From contig NC_069000.1 in NCBI RefSeq assembly GCF_001194135.2, forward strand, positions 5,527,825 through 5,560,243: DNA of 32,419 bases. Reading direction: 5' to 3'. Positions within the stretch are counted from its first letter, which is position 1. Every line of letters begins with the position of its first letter. Of this stretch, positions 1 through 12,290 are shown one piece after another. The position numbers and the translations under genes are program-made. The notes below the pieces were generated by a model that worked only from the letters and a program-made list of their open reading frames with translations, made no database searches and had not been told where the DNA came from. Origin of the DNA: Octopus bimaculoides (lineage: Eukaryota).

Positions 1-32
<32 letters not shown>

Positions 33-575
33 TGTATGTATACATCGTTGTAGGAGAGACAGAAACGTATGCAAGTGTAGAAATATATACGTAAGAATAC
101 ACACATATATGTATGTGAGTGGGTGTGTATATATATAAGGGGAGAGAAAGGGATGTAGGGTGAGGAGCAATGATAGTCTACTAGAAGTTATAGTTGGTGT
201 GTTATTTTGTTATAGAATCACAATTGTCAATATCGTTAACCATTTTTTTGTGGCGAATGGTATAGAACGGTATTTGGTTGACAGGGTAGATACCCAATCA
301 CACACATACTGAATAACATGTATATACGTATGCATATATATATATATATATANNNNNNNNNNNNNNNNNNNNNNNNNNNNNNNNNNNNNNNNNNNNNNNN
401 NNNNNNNNNNNNNNNNNNNNNNNNNNNNNNNNNNNNNNNNNNNNNNNNNNNNNNNNNNNNNNATATAGATGTATGTATATATATATATATATATATTGAG
501 AGAGAGAGAGATAACACACACATACGTATATACATGTTGTATTGTTGTGTGCACACGATTGTGGGAATGCGTGTG

Positions 576-611
<36 letters not shown>

Positions 612-709
612 GTGTGTGTGTTAGAAACTCTGAGATTTTGAATTAATGAATCTAAACAAGGGAGAGTGATGGAGTAACAAAGAGAAAGCTTGTGATGGAA
701 TGAATCAGG

Positions 710-753
<44 letters not shown>

Positions 754-917
754 CACACACCGTGATAGGGAGAGCTATAGAGAGAGGGGAGAGAGAAAGG
801 GAGGGAGAGAGAGAACTAAATAGACAAACTGTAGATTTGTCAATACTAACAGAGACACCGTGCTTGGTAATAATTATGTAAATAAATACTTCCATACATC
901 TACATTTGTACATTTAT

Positions 918-950
<33 letters not shown>

Positions 951-1043
951 TACATATATATATACATATATCTATATAGATATGCATATAAATATATGTA
1001 TATATATATACATATATACATATATGTATGTATATAGATATGC

Positions 1044-1074
<31 letters not shown>

Positions 1075-1366
1075 CGTATATATGTGTGTGTTTGCGTGTG
1101 TGTGTGTATTTGTGTGTGTATGTGTGTGTATGTGTGTGTGTGTTTATAATGCAGTAAAGCTTTATAACAGAATCTCTTAGAATGCTGGGTAGGGTTTTGC
1201 AAATTATATAAAACTCTGTTATCTCTCTTTTCTTTATTTTTGGTTCTTTTTTTTATTCGTAAGAATAGTTTCTGTGGTTATTTAGATCCATGCCACTATT
1301 CAATGAGATGATATATGTCCATATGAATTCCAGTCGTGACCACCCCGGCATTGAGAGTCTGTATCA

Positions 1367-1733
1367 TTAACTTATTGCGGTTGGTGTTGGATAACTCAGA
1401 ACTGTTGTTGCTTCTGCAGCCGTCGTCAGCGTCGACGTCGTCGTTGTTGTTGTTGTTAGCTCTGGTAGTGACACGTATGACCATAACCATTCCAGCGATG
1501 ACCATCCATTTGAGTACATACGTTTAGGGAGACAAAAACCACTTTCTCCAAAGTATATTTGTTTAAAGACGACGCGGCTCATGTGCTTGAGGGAGATTTG
1601 GCTGTTATTTGTGTCATCAAGAGTTTCCTCATCGACAGATTCCTTTGTCGGTGTATGTATCAAAATGACCAGCATGCTGCGAATGACGGAAATTTGGCTG
1701 CTATTTGGGGCATCGGGAGTGACCCCCGTTTAT
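1367..1733 (-). CDS. Possible terminal exon or ORF ending in a Thr-rich tail; product unknown
   Basis: About 120 open codons in non-microsatellite, GC-richer sequence (...GESGFCLPKRMYSNGWSSLEWLWSYVSLPELTTTTTTTSTLTTAAEATT...). An overlapping + frame (1395-1814) is also open, so strand is ambiguous. Confidence 0.15.
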
Positions 1734-1811
1734 ACATATATATGCATATACGTGAGTGCGTGTTTGTGTCTTTATATGTATGTGCGTTTGTTTTTATCCC
1801 TTACAACCGCT

Positions 1812-2325
1812 TGACACACAAATACAAGCAGGTGGTAAGTCGATTACATCGACCCCAGTACTCAACTGGCATTTGTTTTATGAACACCGAAACGAAAAAA
1901 AATCAAAGTCGACCACGAAGCATTTGAACTCAAAACGTCAGGCCAAAAAAGAGTCGCAAAGTATGTTTGTCCGGCACGGTAATCATTGCACCAGCTCTCC
2001 GTCGTTTTGTCTCTATAGTTATAATATAAGTCGTCCATAAATTATCTTTGCAATTTATACACTGCCCTAATTGAAATTGCAAAGGTAATTTGTGGACAAG
2101 CTGTATACTATACGTCTTTGCTGTTCAGTGTACATTTAATCCAATTACGATAATCTCAATCCAAATTCGCTCGAAATAAAACCTTACCTTGATCCTTCAA
2201 GGGTCGATTAAATAGAATAACGTTCAAATGCTAGTCTCGATATGATTTGTTGCCCTCAACCCAGCACCGTTCGCTATCCCAAGATTTGGCAAATTTCAGG
2301 CATTTTGCCAATGTGAAGAAAGACA
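1812..2325. mobile_element. Two degenerate family-B SINEs: about 1812-2005(-) and 2155-2325(+)
   Basis: GTCGATTACATCGACCCCAGTACTCAACTGG and AAAGTCGACC...ATTTGAACTC on one side; CCTTCAAGGGTCGATTAAAT...AAATTTCAGGC on the other. Confidence 0.65.
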
Positions 2326-2414
2326 AGAAATAAATAAAAAAAGGAGAAAAACGAAAAAGAAAAGAAAAAGCAATCAGTGGTGATAAAGTCCAAGAAAAAA
2401 AGACACCAAAAAGC

Positions 2415-2417
<3 letters not shown>

Positions 2418-2449
<32 letters not shown>

Positions 2450-2481
2450 TGATGGCGATAAAGATAATGACGACAATGATA

Positions 2482-2529
<48 letters not shown>

Positions 2530-3461
2530 GTAGTAGTGGTGGTGGTGGTGGTGGTGGTGACGATGACGATTATGACGATGATGCATCAACATAAATATGT
2601 AAAATAAAATTATTGTTTACAGCCATTTAATGTAATCATAAAACCCCCGAAAGGTCAAGCTATGTGACCTTTGACCTCATCGAAAAACTTCTTAAACGCA
2701 ATCGTAGCGTTTTATAGCAGACTTGGAATAGAAGGAATGAGTAAAGATTTGGTGAGGTTGGTGGAGGAGGAGGGGTGGGGGTGACGGTGGTGGTGTCTGA
2801 GGAGGATGGTGGTGTGGTGTTGATAACGGGGGTGATGATGTTTTGTTGTGGTCATGACGGCGCCTTTGGTTGTGGCGCTGATGGTTGTGGTGGTGGTGGT
2901 GGTGGTGGTGGTGGTGGTGAAGGGGGTTTTGGTAATCTCTAGTGATGAAGTCACAACCGTGGTGGTTGATGGTGGTGGTGGTAGTAGCAGTGGTGGCGAT
3001 TGATGGTGTTGGTGATGGCGTTGTTGTTGTTGGTGGTGATGGTGATATGATGGTGATGGTGGTAAGGTGGTGGTAGTGGTGCTGGCGACGGCGTTGATTA
3101 TAGAGTTGGTAGTTTCGGTTGCAGTTTGTGAGGTTAGTCTTGGTGGTTGAGTTTGTGGTGAATGAAATGGTTTTCGTCGAGGTGGTGGCGATGATGGTGC
3201 TGACAGAGGTGGAGGTGGCGGCCAAGGCGGCCACGATGGTGGCGGTGGCCTTAGCGGCGGCGCTAGCGTTGATTATGTTGGAAGACTTGGGCAGACTCTG
3301 GGTAGGCTTTCTGTCCATGCCAGTGGTGGTGGTGACGCTGGCTGTTTAGGTATTGCTGATGGTGGTGGTTGGGGGGGGCGTGGTTTACGTTCTGGCTATG
3401 GTGGTGGAGATGGCGGTGGTGGTGGTGCTGCCGCTGCTGCTGACGGTGGTGGTTCTGTTGT
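2418..3461. repeat. Compound trinucleotide microsatellites, (AAT)n, (GAT)n and (GGT)n, grading into a long cryptic GGT/GAT/GGC low-complexity tract
   Basis: Direct reading; the tract continues after the gap at 4161-4215. Confidence 0.85.
2650..2677. promoter_or_regulatory. Three perfect AGGTCA nuclear-receptor half-sites (IR7 plus DR1)
   Basis: AAAGGTCA-agctatg-TGACCT-T-TGACCT. Motif match only; no functional evidence. Confidence 0.35.
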
Positions 3462-4529
3462 NNNNNNNNNNNNNNNNNNNNNNNNNNNNNNNNNNNNNNN
3501 NNNNNNNNNNNNNNNNNNNNNNNNNNNNNNNNNNNNNNNNNNNNNNNNNNNNNNNNNNNNNNNNNNNNNNNNNNNNNNNNNNNNNNNNNNNNNNNNNNNN
3601 NNNNNNNNNNNNNNNNNNNNNNNNNNNNNNNNNNNNNNNNNNNNNNNNNNNNNNNNNNNNNNNNNNNNNNNNNNNNNNNNNNNNNNNNNNNNNNNNNNNN
3701 NNNNNNNNNNNNNNNNNNNNNNNNNNNNNNNNNNNNNNNNNNNNNNNNNNNNNNNNNNNNNNNNNNNNNNNNNNNNNNNNNNNNNNNNNNNNNNNNNNNN
3801 NNNNNNNNNNNNNNNNNNNNNNNNNNNNNNNNNNNNNNNNNNNNNNNNNNNNNNNNNNNNNNNNNNNNNNNNNNNNNNNNNNNNNNNNNNNNNNNNNNNN
3901 NNNNNNNNNNNNNNNNNNNNNNNNNNNNNNNNNNNNNNNNNNNNNNNNNNNNNNNNNNNNNNNNNNNNNNNNNNNNNNNNNNNNNNNNNNNNNNNNNNNN
4001 NNNNNNNNNNNNNNNNNNNNNNNNNNNNNNNNNNNNNNNNNNNNNNNNNNNNNNNNNNNNNNNNNNNNNNNNNNNNNNNNNNNNNNNNNNNNNNNNNNNN
4101 NNNNNNNNNNNNNNNNNNNNNNNNNNNNNNNNNNNNNNNNNNNNNNNNNNNNNNNNNNNNTGGTGGTGGTGGTGGTGGTGAGGCTGGTTTTTGGTGGCGG
4201 TGCCGGTGCTGGCGGTAAATATTAGTTATGGTGATTTAGTGTTTGTTTTTTTCAAATTTATTAGTTCAATATTTGAATTAGACATTTAATATTTCTTTTT
4301 ATTATTTGTTTTTGTATTTTCGTTATTTCTTCTTTTTTTTTTAATGCTTTGCAGCTGATGTGCCGGAAGTCTGCGTTGGTCATGGCTTTTTTTCTTAATA
4401 TTATTATTTTTTTTTTTTCTTTTTTGGATATTTGTCTTGTTTTGGGAGATTTTCTTTTTTTCCTCCTTACTTTTGTTTGCTTGTTTTTGTGTGCAAAGAT
4501 GTTAAATTGCTTTACCATAGACAGACTTC

Positions 4530-4757
4530 GTTTAGTAGTTGTTGTTGTTGCTGTTGCTGCTGCTGCTGCTGTTGCTGTTGTTGTTTGTGGTGTTGCTTGA
4601 GTTGTGTTGTGTTGCTTGTTGTGTTGCTTGTTGTTGGTTGTTTGTTGTTTATTGTTCAGTTTCCAGTATGGCCATCAATCAAGCGAAACTCATTAATATG
4701 CAGCAGACATCTACAGCTTCAACAGCAAAGACAAAGAAGTAACAGAGACACAGGCGC

Positions 4758-4820
<63 letters not shown>

Positions 4821-4840
4821 CACGATGATGATGATGATTA
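4530..4840. repeat. (GTT/GCT)n degenerate tract and perfect (AAT)n run (about 4758-4818)
   Basis: Direct reading. Confidence 0.9.
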
Positions 4841-4873
4841 AATAACAGCCATAATAATGATTTCTAATAATAG

Positions 4874-6360
4874 TAGCAGCAGAGTGCCTGCTGCGTTCCG
4901 AGTTCAAATCCTGCCAAGGTCAAATTTACTCGTTCATTCTTCCGACCCGGAAGTTCCGAGGTCGATGCAGAAAGAACGAGTTATATAGTGAGGAAATGGC
5001 GCTGATTCCTCCTCCTCTCGCTCACGCTCTCTCCCTCCCCTCTCTCTCTCTCTCTCTCTCTCTCTTCATCTGTCCTTCTCTGTTGCTTTCTCTCCATTCT
5101 TTCTCTCTCTCTCTCTTGTTCTCTCTCTCCCCTTCTTTTTCTCTCTCCCACTTTGTTTCTTTCTTCCTCCCTCCTTTTATGTTTTCCCCTCTGCCTTCCT
5201 CCCTCCCTCCTTCCTTCTCTTTCTTTCTCTCTCTCCTTTTTCCTTGGTCACGCACGTTTTCACTAATTCCCTGTTCTTTGCGATGTCCTAATTAGAAGAT
5301 CAGAAATTTAAGGAACATGATTATTATTTGACTATTACGGGAAGGTCCTTTAACAGGTTACTTGGCCTTTTAAAAATAGCTCAATAAACACTCACAACGC
5401 CCGGTCTGGGAATCGAATCCGCGATCCTTTGACTTCGAGTCCGCTGCCCTAACCACTGGGCCATTGCGCCTCCACTCACAACAGCAATAGCAACAATAAA
5501 CACATGTACATATAATATCGACGAGTCGAGAACGTTAAAGCTCGTAGCTAAATATATCAAGTTAATTGGTTCATTACACTATTTATTCGATCAAGGCCCG
5601 ACCCTTAATTAAGAGTCTTAAATCCCTAAACTAATTATGCCTGCAATACATGTCTATTTTCCCAAATTTGAATAATTTTTTTTTTTGAAGTTATCTCCCT
5701 TGTATGTTATATTTTAGACATTCAACCTTCCCAGAAGTAATTTCTTTTTATCTAATAATTTCATGGCTAATCTGATTTAATCGGAGTTCTTTATAGTGCT
5801 TCTGGTATCAACTCTGCCAATGATATCAACAAAATTTGTTATCGAGCGGTATTTGGCATTCAGAGCGTAAAAAGAGATAAATAAATCCCTTTCCGTATTT
5901 ACTCCGGTATAATGCCATTAAACCGCTCCCACTGATAACTTCTAACATAGACACAAGGCCTCACAAATGGAAGAAGGATACACTCGGCTTAAATGTCCCC
6001 CAGTGCTTGATTGTTACTTTATTTTATGAACACCGGAATTTAGCGTTTGAATTTATCATAATTATATTCAAGTTTAGAATTCTTTATCGGAATTTGAAAT
6101 TACACCAGTATTTTACTGGTATATTGTATCAAACATAGAAAGTGGAAATGGATGAATTAAACTCGGAAGTGTTTGGACTCAGATCTTTAAAAAAGCAGAA
6201 CCAAACCTTGAAAGATGTTTTGCCCAATGATCTCACGATATAGTTTGTTTTTCATTTTTTCGGGAGTCGTTAAAATAAGGAACCAGTTAAAAACATGAGT
6301 CGATGTAATCAACTTGTATCCTCCCCCGTAATGTCTGGCCTTGTGGCAAAGTTTGAGATC
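4874..6360. mobile_element. Cluster of old family-B SINE fragments: about 4874-4970(+), 5945-6050(-), 6096-6185(-), 6255-6358(+)
   Basis: Recognisable but diverged motifs GTTCCGAGTTCAAATCCTGCCAAGGTC, GACACAAGGCCT, CCAGTATTTTACTGGTA, GAGTCGATGTAATC...GGCCTTGTGGCAAAGTTTGA. Confidence 0.55.
5379..5475 (-). mobile_element. SINE family C, 5' (tRNA-like) fragment
   Basis: Near-identical to 29800-29897. Confidence 0.85.
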
Positions 6361-7673
6361 AGCATCTATCATTATCATTTATATTCTACTTATTTCAGTC
6401 ATTGGTCTACGTCCTTGTGCCTCTATTTTAAATCAATAACAATTAAGATTTTTAAAATAAATATGATTTTAACCATAAAAATAAACAACAATAATAAAAA
6501 CAACCACAAAAGAAAAACAGGACAGAATAAACACGAACAAAAACAAACGAGAGAATTCACGTCGCCCGATTGTCTGGGTGAGAACATCATAGAGGAATAT
6601 AAACGCAAACAAACGACCAATTCCAGTCATAAGTTGAATTATGATAAATGAGAGATGAAGAGTTTGAAGAGGAAGGGACTGTGGAGAGGAATAAACGAGA
6701 GAGAAATGTGTGTTGCTATGTTTGTGTTTGTAGCAAAGCATGCGCTTATGTGTGAAAGTGTTTATATGTTCTCCTGTGTATCTGTAGGACAAGGGGGAGG
6801 ATAATGAAGTGTAGAGAAAATTGCTATAGATGTTCTGTCTGTCTGTATATGTATATATATATATATATATATACATGTTTATATANNNNNNNNNNNNNNN
6901 NNNNNNNNNNNNNNNNNNNNNNNNNNNNNNNNNNNNNNNNNNNNNNNNNNNNNNNNNNNNNNNNNNNNNNNNNNNNNNNNNNNNNNNNNNNNNNNNNNNN
7001 NNNNNNNNNNNNNNNNNNNNNNNNNNNNNNNNNNNNNNNNNNNNNNNNNNNNNNNNNNNNNNNNNNNNNNNNNNNNNNNNNNNNNNNNNNNNNNNNNNNN
7101 NNNNNNNNNNNNNNNNNNNNNNNNNNNNNNNNNNNNNNNNNNNNNNNNNNNNNNNNNNNNNNNNNNNNNNNNNNNNNNNNNNNNNNNNNNNNNNNNNNNN
7201 NNNNNNNNNNNNNNNNNNNNNNNNNNNNNNNNNNNNNNNNNNNNNNNNNNNNNNNNNNNNNNNNNNNNNNNNNNNNNNNNNNNNNNNNNNNNNNNNNNNN
7301 NNNNNNNNNNNNNNNNNNNNNNNNNNNNNNNNNNNNNNNNNNNNNNNNNNGAAGGAGAGAATGAATGGGTTTAGGATCGATAGATAAGAACTTCACAGAG
7401 AGAAGCATGTGTGTCTGTCTGAATGTGTGTATGTTTAGTTTTTCGCTCCGCGAAAGAGAAGGCTCGATAGACAGACACATGGAAATAAGCAGAGAAAGAA
7501 TGAGAGAGCGAGAGCGAGCGAGAGAGAGAGAGAGAGAGAGCACGAGTGAATGAGAGTGGAAGAATGAGAGAGAGAGAGAGTGAGTGAGAGAAACAATATG
7601 ATAAAGTTGAGAGTCATACAGAACCAAATAGAGAAAAAACTAAGATGGGAGAAGCACATATTTTGGGGTATAT

Positions 7674-7740
7674 GTGTGTATGTGTGCATGTGTGTATGTG
7701 TGCATGTGTGTATGTGTGCATGTGTGTATGTGTGCATGTG
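7674..7740. repeat. 16-bp higher-order repeat (TGTGTGTATGTGTGCA)x4 built from (TG)n
   Basis: Direct reading. Confidence 0.8.
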
Positions 7741-8450
7741 TTTCTGTGAAAATGTGTGTATGTATGTGTATGTATGTGTATGTATGTTGTCTGTTGACAT
7801 CAAAAAACGAATGTTATTGATATGGTTATTAAAGTTAAAATATTAAGGATAACAAATTTATATTATGCTTCACCTATTGTGATCTTGACCCAGGTTATTT
7901 TATATTCTCAATCTTTCTCCCACTAACTCCTACCCCCTCTGACTCTATCATTCACCCGAACACTTCTCTGTCTGTTTCCCTCTCTCTTTCTGTATATATA
8001 TATATATNNNNNNNNNNNNNNNNNNNNNNNNNNNNNNNNNNNNNNNNNNNNNNNNNNNNNNNNNNNNNNNNNNNNNNNNNNNNNNNNNNNNNNNNNNNNN
8101 NNNNNNNNNNNNNNNNNNNNNNNNNNNNNNNNNNNNNNNNNNNNNNNNNNNNNNNNNNNNNNNNNNNNNNNNNNNNNNNNNNNNNNNNNNNNNNNNNNNN
8201 NNNNNNNNNNNNNNNNNNNNNNNNNNNNNNNNNNNNNNNNNNNNNNNNNNNNNNNNNNNNNNNNNNNNNNNNNNNNNNNNNNNNNNNNNNNNNNNNNNNN
8301 NNNNNNNNNNNNNNNNNNNNNNNNNNNNNNTATATATATATAAATACATACATATGTATATGTATATACATATATATATATGTATATATACACATATATG
8401 TATATGTATATGCATATATACATATATACATATTCACAGACATACACACG

Positions 8451-8484
<34 letters not shown>

Positions 8485-8487
8485 CAT

Positions 8488-8519
<32 letters not shown>

Positions 8520-9012
8520 CGTTATTCTATCACACCACTCCCTCCACCACCGCCCTGTATTCTTATCCGTCGCTCTTTCTCATTCTGGTTTTCAAAGCTT
8601 GTGTTCCAAGTCTTCAATGCGATTCTTTCTGTCTCATTAAAACACTCACTCTTTCCCTAGCAAACATTTTATATTTCACCTCACTCCCAAAGTATTTCAC
8701 TATATATATATATATATATGAAACTATGTATATACGCGTGTCTATGCTATGTTGCGCTCTTCAGTTTTCTTCATCCTACCAGTATTCCAGTTAAACGATC
8801 AACAGAATCAGTTATTCAGTGCAAGCGAATCACCGAACCATTCTTTGAGCATTCCATGAAGATCGTTTTACTTATCCTTAAAAGATACACGTGCTGTGAA
8901 TGGTGCTTCGAACTGCTGTTCATATCTTATTTGATTTACTTCTGCAAAGGCTAAAGGTACCGTGTTTCAGTCACATGACCCCAGACGAACAGAATCAATT
9001 TTAGAATAATAT

Positions 9013-9268
9013 TCTTTTATTCTTTTTATTTGTTTCAGTCACTTGACTGCGACCATGCTGGAATACCGCCTTTCAGTCGAGCAAATCGACTCCCAGGACT
9101 TATTCTTTGTAAGCCTAGTAGTTATTCTGTCGGTCTCTTTTTTGCAGAACCGCTAAGTTACGGGGACGTAAACACACCAACATCGGTTCGATTGTCAAGC
9201 GATGCTGTGGGTCAAACACAGACATAGAGACATATACATGCATATATATATATACACGACGGGCTCTG
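9013..9268 (-). mobile_element. SINE family A, 3' two-thirds
   Basis: CTTGACTGCGACCATGCTGGAATACCGCCTT...GAACCGCTAAGTTACGGGGACGTAAACAC is the reverse complement of the sequences at 25400-25550 and 26115-26222. Confidence 0.85.
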
Positions 9269-9454
9269 TATAGTATATATATTTGCATTTATACATATAT
9301 ATATATTTACATATATATATGCATATATATATATATCTATGTTTATGCATGTATGTATGGAAAATGACAAAACATGGCTGCAAGCAGCCATTTTAGCAGA
9401 GCTAGCCACCGCATACAAAGCAGCCTTACATACGAACACACACACACACACACA

Positions 9455-9518
<64 letters not shown>

Positions 9519-9766
9519 AACACACACACACACACACACACACATACACACACAGACACACACACAGACGGTACAGATCGGAAGGCTAAATTTGTTGCTT
9601 GTCTTTATAGCACTGAGTTAAATCCGTTAAATCCGTAATGATCACCAAATCCGCGAAGTACAATTAGTACTGTGGTATATATATTTTTTATTTTTATAAT
9701 TTGTTTCTGTTTATTTTATTATAAATGCAAAACAACACCATGGAGGAATAGACATAAGCTTAAATG

Positions 9767-9853
9767 ATAAACCGCGATAAGTGAACCGTGATAGGTGAAC
9801 CGTGATAGGTGGACCGTGATAGGTGAACCGTGATATGGCCAGGGATTACTGTA
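9767..9853 (-). mobile_element. Terminal fragment of the same MITE family with a 14-bp minisatellite
   Basis: Minus strand reads TA|CAGTAATCCCTGGCCATATCACGGTTCACCTATCACGG, homologous to the TIR at 12663, with an intact TA at 9852-9853. Five copies of GTGAACCGTGATAG at 9767-9836. Confidence 0.75.
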
Positions 9854-9854
9854 T

Positions 9855-10035
9855 TAAACTGATAATTTCTTTCGGACATCCTTTGAACTTTGGTGGTCTT
9901 TAGTGAAGCTATGGCATTGTAAGGGTGTTGATTGTTCTCCTTTTCAGTGATGTTCTGAACATAGTAATCCATGGAATTCAAATTTGGCATGCATGGAGGC
10001 CATGAGTTTGGAGTTACATGATCGTAACCCATTCT
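9855..10035 (-). pseudogene. Tc1/mariner transposase C-terminal remnant (maT/DD37D-like)
   Basis: ORF 9760..10032(-) reads DHVTPNSWPPCMPNLNSMDYYVQNITEKENNQHPYNAIASLKTT, a decayed form of the WPPxSPDLNPxDYxVW...N.HPHN...SLK motif around the third catalytic Asp. Confidence 0.8.
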
Positions 10036-11183
10036 TGAGTTATGTGGTTGTTAGGTCTTGTCGAAACACATGATCTTCCACCACGTATTTCATCCATCCA
10101 GGGTTTAACAAGTAAGCTTCTTACCACTCAGCCACGCATGCGTCTATATATATATATATGCTTGTATACACATACACATAAATACATACATATATATATA
10201 TATANNNNNNNNNNNNNNNNNNNNNNNNNNNNNNNNNNNNNNNNNNNNNNNNNNNNNNNNNNNNNNNNNNNNNNNNNNNNNNNNNNNNNNNNNNNNNNNN
10301 NNNNNNNNNNNNNNNNNNNNNNNNNNNNNNNNNNNNNNNNNNNNNNNNNNNNNNNNNNNNNNNNNNNNNNNNNNNNNNNNNNNNNNNNNNNNNNNNNNNN
10401 NNNNNNNNNNNNNNNNNNNNNNNNNNNNNNNNNNNNNNNNNNNNNNNNNNNNNNNNNNNNNNNNNNNNNNNNNNNNNNNNNNNNNNNNNNNNNNNNNNNN
10501 NNNNNNNNNNNNNNNNNNNNNNNNNNNNNNNNNNNNNNNNNNNNNNNNNNNNNNNNNNNNNNNNNNNNNNNNNNNNNNNNNNNNNNNNNNNNNNNNNNNN
10601 NNNNNNNNNNNNNNNNNNNNNNNNNNNNNNNNNNNNNNNNNNNNNNNNNNNNNNNNNNNNNNNNNNNNNNNNNNNNNNNNNNNNNNNNNNNNNNNNNNNN
10701 NNNNNNNNNNNNNNNNNNNNNNNNNNNNNNNNNNNNNNATATATATATATATATATAAATATATATAAACTGTATGTACGCATACTTTTGTGTAGCATCT
10801 TGTATATATTTACCGCCCCTTGTTTTTTGTTTGTTTTTTTTCTTCCTTTCTACTCTTCTCTGTTTGGCATCGCTGATGTGTTCTTCTTTAAATGCTGTCA
10901 CACGTTATTTGCTTCATTCTTCGTCCATTGATTCCTGCTATTCAGGAAGACACGCAAACAAAAGCGAACACGCACAGTTGAGTTTGTAAACTATGTTGCA
11001 TATACTACGCGCTCATACGCTCGTATGTACACATACACATACTCATATAAGTGTGTGTGGATGTGTGTGGATGTATGTGTACATACATATGTACACACAC
11101 ACACATATGTATGTATATATAGACATACATACACATATTACAAACACATACCTACACAAGCATTCATATACCTACACACACAC

Positions 11184-11251
<68 letters not shown>

Positions 11252-11918
11252 GCATATTCACAGACGCTTTATACACACGCACAAACACACATGTACACGC
11301 ATACATTCAGATAAAGATAACAACAAAAACTAACTGGAGTTGATTAAATATGGCAGCCATCTTGAACAGAAATACAATTTTAAAATATATGCATTTTATC
11401 TACAGCATATAAATATTTATAAATATTATTGATTGGCGGAAAAATAGTTTGTTGTTCCTCTCATTTGCAACGACTACACCATATTGCATCTTAAATAACA
11501 AAATATAAACAAAGTACTTGATATACTTAATGTCCGAATGGGATTATTTATGAATAATAAAACTGAATTTTAGATGAAGTGATTACGGCATATTTTGCGT
11601 CACAGGGGTCGACAAAACCAGTCTGTCTCCAGTGCCGTACGCTTAACTTTTGATATAACCTTAGATATATTTTAGCCGATGTGTGGGCATCCTGCTGACC
11701 GTTCCATATGTCAGAAAGTGAAGGTAAATATTCTTCAAATTCCTCGCAAATGTCTTTGGGAAACCTCACTGTAGAATGTAGATGAAGATATTTAAAACAG
11801 GCAGGTTTGGAAATAGGACGCATGCTGTTTAATGTTTATTAGGCCAATCCACTTCTAGGTTTAACACAATAGCTAAGAAATATCCTTTTTTTTTTTTTTT
11901 CATTTGTCTCTGTTGTAG

Positions 11919-11980
11919 GAATCCTGTCACGCAGAGGCAGTACGTTCGAGTGTCGATTCGAAGAAATCGCCCTTCAGTAG
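11919..11980 (+). other. Candidate internal or UTR exon (62 nt)
   Basis: Very strong acceptor (long T-run + CATTTGTCTCTGTTGTAG) and donor AG|GTATTA; two frames are open across it. Confidence 0.25.
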
Positions 11981-12234
11981 GTATTAGATCGTTTTATCGG
12001 TGTGTTTTTGCAGTACCGCTAGATTATGGGGAAGTAAACAAAGCAACACTGGTTGTGAAGCGGGGGTGGTGGTTTACAAAAACAAAGATGCGAGCGCACA
12101 CACATACATACATACATACATACATACATACATACATACATACACATATGCATGCACATGTTTGTATTGTATGTTTATATAATACACACACACACATATA
12201 TATGTATGCTTGTACGTATGTATGTGTACATGCA

Positions 12235-12283
<49 letters not shown>

Positions 12284-12290
12284 TTTAATA

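Noticed and set aside
5796-5870. LLVSTLPMISTKFVIERYLAFRA* (GPCR ERY-like motif)
   Set aside because: Short, closed by a stop, and partly overlapping decayed SINE-like sequence; no other transmembrane exons.
9767-9836. Short direct-repeat array that could be mistaken for CRISPR
   Set aside because: 14-bp head-to-tail units without spacers, attached to a MITE TIR; no cas genes; eukaryotic context.
11676-11723. 48-nt plus-strand mini-exon (PMCGHPADRSICQKVK) with AG/GT ends
   Set aside because: It overlaps the competing minus-strand candidate exon, and neither can be preferred without transcripts.
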